Source of the DNA: Intoshia linei
Lineage: Eukaryota > Animalia > Orthonectida
NCBI GenBank assembly: GCA_001642005.1
Contig: LWCA01000019.1
Location: forward strand, 1 to 64,000
DNA length: 64,000 bases
Direction of reading: 5' to 3'
Position 1 is the stretch's first letter, and every line of letters begins with the position of its first letter. The translations under genes were made by a program, and so were the position numbers. The notes under the pieces are model-generated. The model saw only the letters and a program-made list of their open reading frames with translations. It was not told the DNA's origin and made no database searches. This document shows, piece by piece, positions 59,261 through 64,000 of this stretch.

Positions 59261-59581
59261 TTTCTTTGAGCATATTGATCATGGGAACATATTTTCGTGT
59301 AAATATTTTATTATTCTATATTTTTCTTCGTTAGTTAATCGAGTGTATTTCATTATTTTATTATTATTAATAATAAACGTCGCAAATTTATTTAAAATAG
59401 ACATGATAGAAAATGTATGTTTCCGATATAAACAATGAAACAAAACTTGTTTCTACATTAAAAATTAATAAAAAAAAAACATTACAATTACCATTTTAAT
59501 TAGAGTGTCCAAATTTTATAAGTACTAAATAAATACTTTTCGAAATGTCTTAAAAACAAAAAGAACAATAAAATTTGAAAT

Positions 59582-59731
59582 TTAACCCTTTCACTGTCTG
59601 TGTATTCTATACTATACACAGCATAATTTTGAAAAACTTTATTATTTTATTTTCATACATTTTCACATAGGCAATTTAAAAATTATACAAGTTTAAATTA
59701 AAACATAAATTCCAGACAGTGAAAGGGTTAA
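59582..59731. mobile_element. piggyBac-type MITE with perfect 15-bp TIRs
   Basis: TTAA|CCCTTTCACTGTCTG ... CAGACAGTGAAAGGG|TTAA. Confidence 0.9.
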
Positions 59732-60550
59732 AAAAAATTAACAATTTAAAATATGAAATTTAAATGTTAATTTTATTGGTATTTATCATTGCAAATTATT
59801 TTTTTACATAATTCACTATGATTTTGCAAATGTTAGTAAAAATCAATAAACTCTCTATACAATTATAATTTTTTGGGGCATAATTAAAAAATAATTAATT
59901 TTTATTAATTAATAAATTTGAAGTGATCCAAATTAAACGATATAAAGTGTGTTTGTATAAAATATAAAACAATAATTAGATAAAACAACTAATTAAATTT
60001 ATTAAAATTTCACTTTATTAAGAAAGTGAAAAATTACAAGTAAAATATTGACTAAAATTATCTACAGTATTTATGAGTACTTAATTGTATGAATGTCAAA
60101 AACAATTTAAAAATAAGTACTTATGGACACACTATTTTAATTGATGTTTCCGATTATCAAAGTCAATTATTTTGGTTAGATTAGTTATTTAATCACATAA
60201 TTATTTACTTGTTAATTAGTTAGTTATATGAAACGATTATAAAATAAAAAATTCAATTTAGTACATATAAAATTTGATATTTATATATTTTTCATCAGAA
60301 ATTTTGGGCGAATAACGGACTTGGGCGAGAATTGAATTTTAATATAGATGTACTATATAAATAAAAATTAACCGGACAAATAAGGGAGGTTATACTGTAT
60401 GTTAATTTGTATTAATTCTTTCATGCTAAAATATCACTAAAATTGGTGACTCAATTGTTATATTTTTGAAATATAAGTTTATTTTCAGGCAACTCTGTAA
60501 CAACTATAAAACAACATTAATTTTGAATATTATATATATTTACTTACTCA

Positions 60551-63500
60551 ATGCAGGATGTTAAAAACTTAATTCAAAGCAAAGTGCTAGATGTTGCGAC
60601 ATACCTTACTCCTGTTTTAAAGGTAAATGTATCAAAATGTGTAACTTCAATCAACATTAGTTAATTTTATTTATTATTTAATTATAAAGGTTTTGATTTT
60701 AAAACTCCAATCTACCCTTACCGGTTGGCCACTACGCGTTAATGATGGAATTAATAAATAAATGAAAAAAAAATATAATATAGAATATATGTAATAACAG
60801 TTCACCAACCCTTAAGGAAAAAATTAAGTTTTGCCAACCGCAAAAGGAAAAATCTAGTTTTACCAACTATGACATTTGATTCTAAAACACACTCTCTTTT
60901 CATTTTGTGTATTGAATTAGATTGCTTTATACAACCATGAAATTCCATTTAATTTACAAAATGTCAGTCGGTATGCTTATCAAGCCTTACTTCCTTGTTA
61001 ATTTATTTTTTTAACCAATGACTAAACCAACTAATGTGATACAATATGTAAAAAATGTTGGGAAACACTGCTCTAAACTAAAACTTCTAGTATAAAATTT
61101 GATGATAAATAATTTTTTTAAATGTTTTTTATATAAATTTCAAGTGATTTAAAACATAAAAAACAAGCAAAATAAACAAAATTTTTCATTAAAAAAATGA
61201 AAATAAAAAGATAGTGTGAAAACCGTTAATAACAAAAAAACACATTATTTTAAACATTAGTAATGTCGAATACACAACTTTTAGTGATTTGCATAATAAA
61301 TTGATACACTGTGCAGTGCACATATATTATACATTAACATTAATGTTTATTAATACATTATATACTATTTACTATGTATTATGAAACTTAAAATTATTAA
61401 ATTCATCTTAGGATTCAAAGTTTCGTGAAACTGGACGAATTACACCAGATGAGGTTTTTTATCAATACGAAAAAATTTTTCATTTAAAAGTATACATCAA
61501 AGTGACCAGCGAATTGTTTACTAATATATTTTAAAAAACATTGATTTTCAGAAATATTATAATTACCACTCTACCTAGCATTAATTTAAATTTTTTAGAA
61601 ATAATTCTCTTTCTGTACTAATTATTCTCAACTTGTCACTTTTTGGATTTTTTTTATTATATTTTGACTTTATAAAATACTTTATTTATTATAATATTTT
61701 TAATTGGCGTAATATTCATATCATGATACTAGTAATAATTTTCTGATTAATCTGTGAAATTTTAACTTTGGACTTATCAATCGTATTAATCAAACGTATT
61801 ATTGATGATTTTTTTTATTTTTCTGTGAAAGAAATTTTTATTACATTTCCCTTCAATACTGTCCGAAGTATACACGTTTATAATCTCGTCAACACGACCC
61901 GAAGTTTGTGCTCGGTCGTACAGAATCGTGCTTCTGTCCGTGTTGTAGAACTCCAATATTTACATTGTACAACTCAAAGCCTTCCATTGATATTTTGCTA
62001 TCGTTAAGCTTAAACTGTAAAAATAAAAATATCAAAAATCATAAATAAAATATTCTGTCCTTAGTATTTAATTATTTATTAATTATAATAAAAAATTAAT
62101 CATTTTATATGATGGATTTAAGCTAAAACTAAATAGATTTGCAGAAATTTTATTTAAATAAAATTATTTAGTTTGTTGCGGCAGGAGATCACCTCGTTTA
62201 CCACTGCCCTACCTGGAAATGGTTTGCTGGAATTCCAGCTAACAAGAAATCTTATCTACCTGATGAGAAGCAATTTTTAATTACTAATCATGGTTATTTT
62301 TAAATTATTTAAAGTTCAATATCTTTCAGTATTTACCAAAGTGATTTAAGTTTAATACAGTAGAAGCTATAACAACACTTTCCATTAAAATACTTTATAC
62401 TATATGTTAAAAATTCATATTCAATTGTAACAATCTTTCTAGTAAATGTATAGAAAATCAATTTATGTACAACAATTTAAATTAAATGTACATTTTTTTA
62501 AATTTTAAAAAAAGTTGAAAACGTATTTGTTTAGAATCTAAATTTTAGATTAACATATTTCACCAAAACTAGCATATTCTTATATTTATGAAAAATATCG
62601 ATCAATAACCTATATTTTATCATCCACTGTTTGTAAAAAAGAAACCGTAAGGACTAATGTGTTAAAAAATTAAAAACTTTGTAAACCACTGATATATTTT
62701 ATAACATTAGTGCCCTGTCACAGTAGAATCAAAACATTAAACAGTCACGACCTTAATTATGAAAAAAAATTGGATGGAGAATTTGAAGATTGGATTGATA
62801 CCCATTTTTATGCTCGTATTTTTAAAAATATTTTTAAATAATGATAAACTACAGTGACATTCTCTTTCTATAGATTAAATTTTATAAATTAGCTCAAGAA
62901 AATACTGTTTCTAAAGATTTGGAAATATCTCAAATTGAGCCAGTTGCAGAAAATAATTCTTCAGATAGTGAAGATGCGTTAGATATGGACGATTTTATGA
63001 ATAGTGATGAAATTAAACAAGTGGATCCAGTAAGTATCTGTTTAGCCTGAAACCCCTTTAAGTAAATTTATTATTTTTGAACCCTGTCTACGAAACTTGG
63101 GTTAGGATACGATTATTAAAATTCAAAATTAGCAGGAAATGATTAATATATTTTATATTAGAGTAGATACACAATTGTAAAAAAAACTGAATCAAACAAG
63201 ATTTTAAAAACTCGAACATATAATCTCAATATTACGTATGATAAATATTACCAAACTTCTAGATTGTGGTTAGAGGGCTACAATGCTGTAATTTTTTTAT
63301 GATTTGCTAAATTTATTTATTTAAGAATAAAGAATCACTTAGTCCAATTGAAATGTTTGAAGACTTTAGTCAAGATCATGCCAACAAAACAATTACAATA
63401 GAAAAACACCCACATTCCAATAGTGTTATGGCAAGTATACATCCTTGCAAGTAAGATATAATAAAACTAAATTATCAAAATTAATGATTATTTTTTTCAA

Positions 63501-63696
63501 CAGACACGCTAATGTAATGAAACGAATGATATCATTAATGGAAGTTGCAAACAAGGAACTTAGTGTAGTAAAGTAAAAAGTTAATAAATTCATTTTAATA
63601 CATTATTTTAGTTATATAATAATTTTTCTCAAATTTGTGCAATCAATTATTCCTACCATAAATTATGATTTCACTCAAAACATTATAATGTATTGA
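60551..63696 (+). CDS. ATG3: Autophagy E2-like enzyme ATG3, multi-exon (first exons 60551-60622, 61412-61453, 62172-62292)
   Basis: [24 protein letters not shown]|[14 protein letters not shown]|[49 protein letters not shown], catalytic [22 protein letters not shown]; stop TGA at 63694-63696. Confidence 0.95.
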
Positions 63697-63774
63697 ATTA
63701 TTAAATCTTACATAAGTAATAAATTTTATAATTGTAATTATACGTTATTCATTCGTAAATGGTATATTATAATA

Positions 63775-63845
63775 CTAGCTTGACTAGTCGACTGTTATCC
63801 ACTTTGTGCAGACAGCAGCTAGCTCTACCGCGGGTAAACTTTTTT
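63775..63845 (-). mobile_element. Degenerate Helitron 3' end
   Basis: A|CTAGCTTGACT ... GACTGTTAT ... ACAGCAGCTAGCTCTACCG, like 33681 and 51488. Confidence 0.6.
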
Positions 63846-63873
63846 ATTCAACCATTTTATACTAAACATCGAC

Positions 63874-64000
63874 TTTTACCAACCTTAAAGGGAAAAATCC
63901 CAATTTTCCCATAAAGGTTGGTAAAATTTGGATTTTTCCTTTTAAAAGTTGTTAAAACTTAATTTTTTTTTTTAGTGTTGATAAATTTTGATTTTTAATA
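63874..64000. repeat. Approximately 28-bp minisatellite units with an orientation switch forming a 23-bp hairpin
   Basis: TTTTACCAACCTTAAAGGGAAAA ... TTTTCCCATAAAGGTTGGTAAAA (63874-63926); the same unit occurs at about 19860, 22897 and 60802. Confidence 0.7.

Overview
Very AT-rich (roughly three quarters A+T by eye) animal genomic DNA with spliced GT-AG genes. Introns are either tiny (about 36-60 nt) or inflated by DNA-transposon relics. Gene order: an orphan 7-exon coiled-coil gene (-), a FAM184-family gene (-), a divergent Rab5-like GTPase (+), CFAP45 (+), an intron-retaining MINPP1-like pseudogene (-), a TRPM2-type channel with a C-terminal NUDT9-homology domain (-), an intronless degenerate rhodopsin-like GPCR (+) and ATG3 (+). 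Non-coding space is dominated by a non-autonomous Helitron family (about 15-20 copies or fragments with internal tandem units). It also holds Buster-type hAT MITEs, TAGGGTG-ended (hATm-like) elements, piggyBac-type TTAA MITEs, a deleted Mutator element and a pogo/Tigger transposase relic, often nested. The architecture suggests a compact, fast-evolving ciliated invertebrate genome; an orthonectid such as Intoshia is my guess, not something shown. I cannot support a wholly new multi-gene system. The best leads are the TRPM2 with an invertebrate-type pore but an apparently dead Nudix box, the MINPP1 pseudogene, the motif-less GPCR, the orphan gene and the modular Helitron. All exon models and homologies were derived by eye and from remembered family motifs, not from searches.
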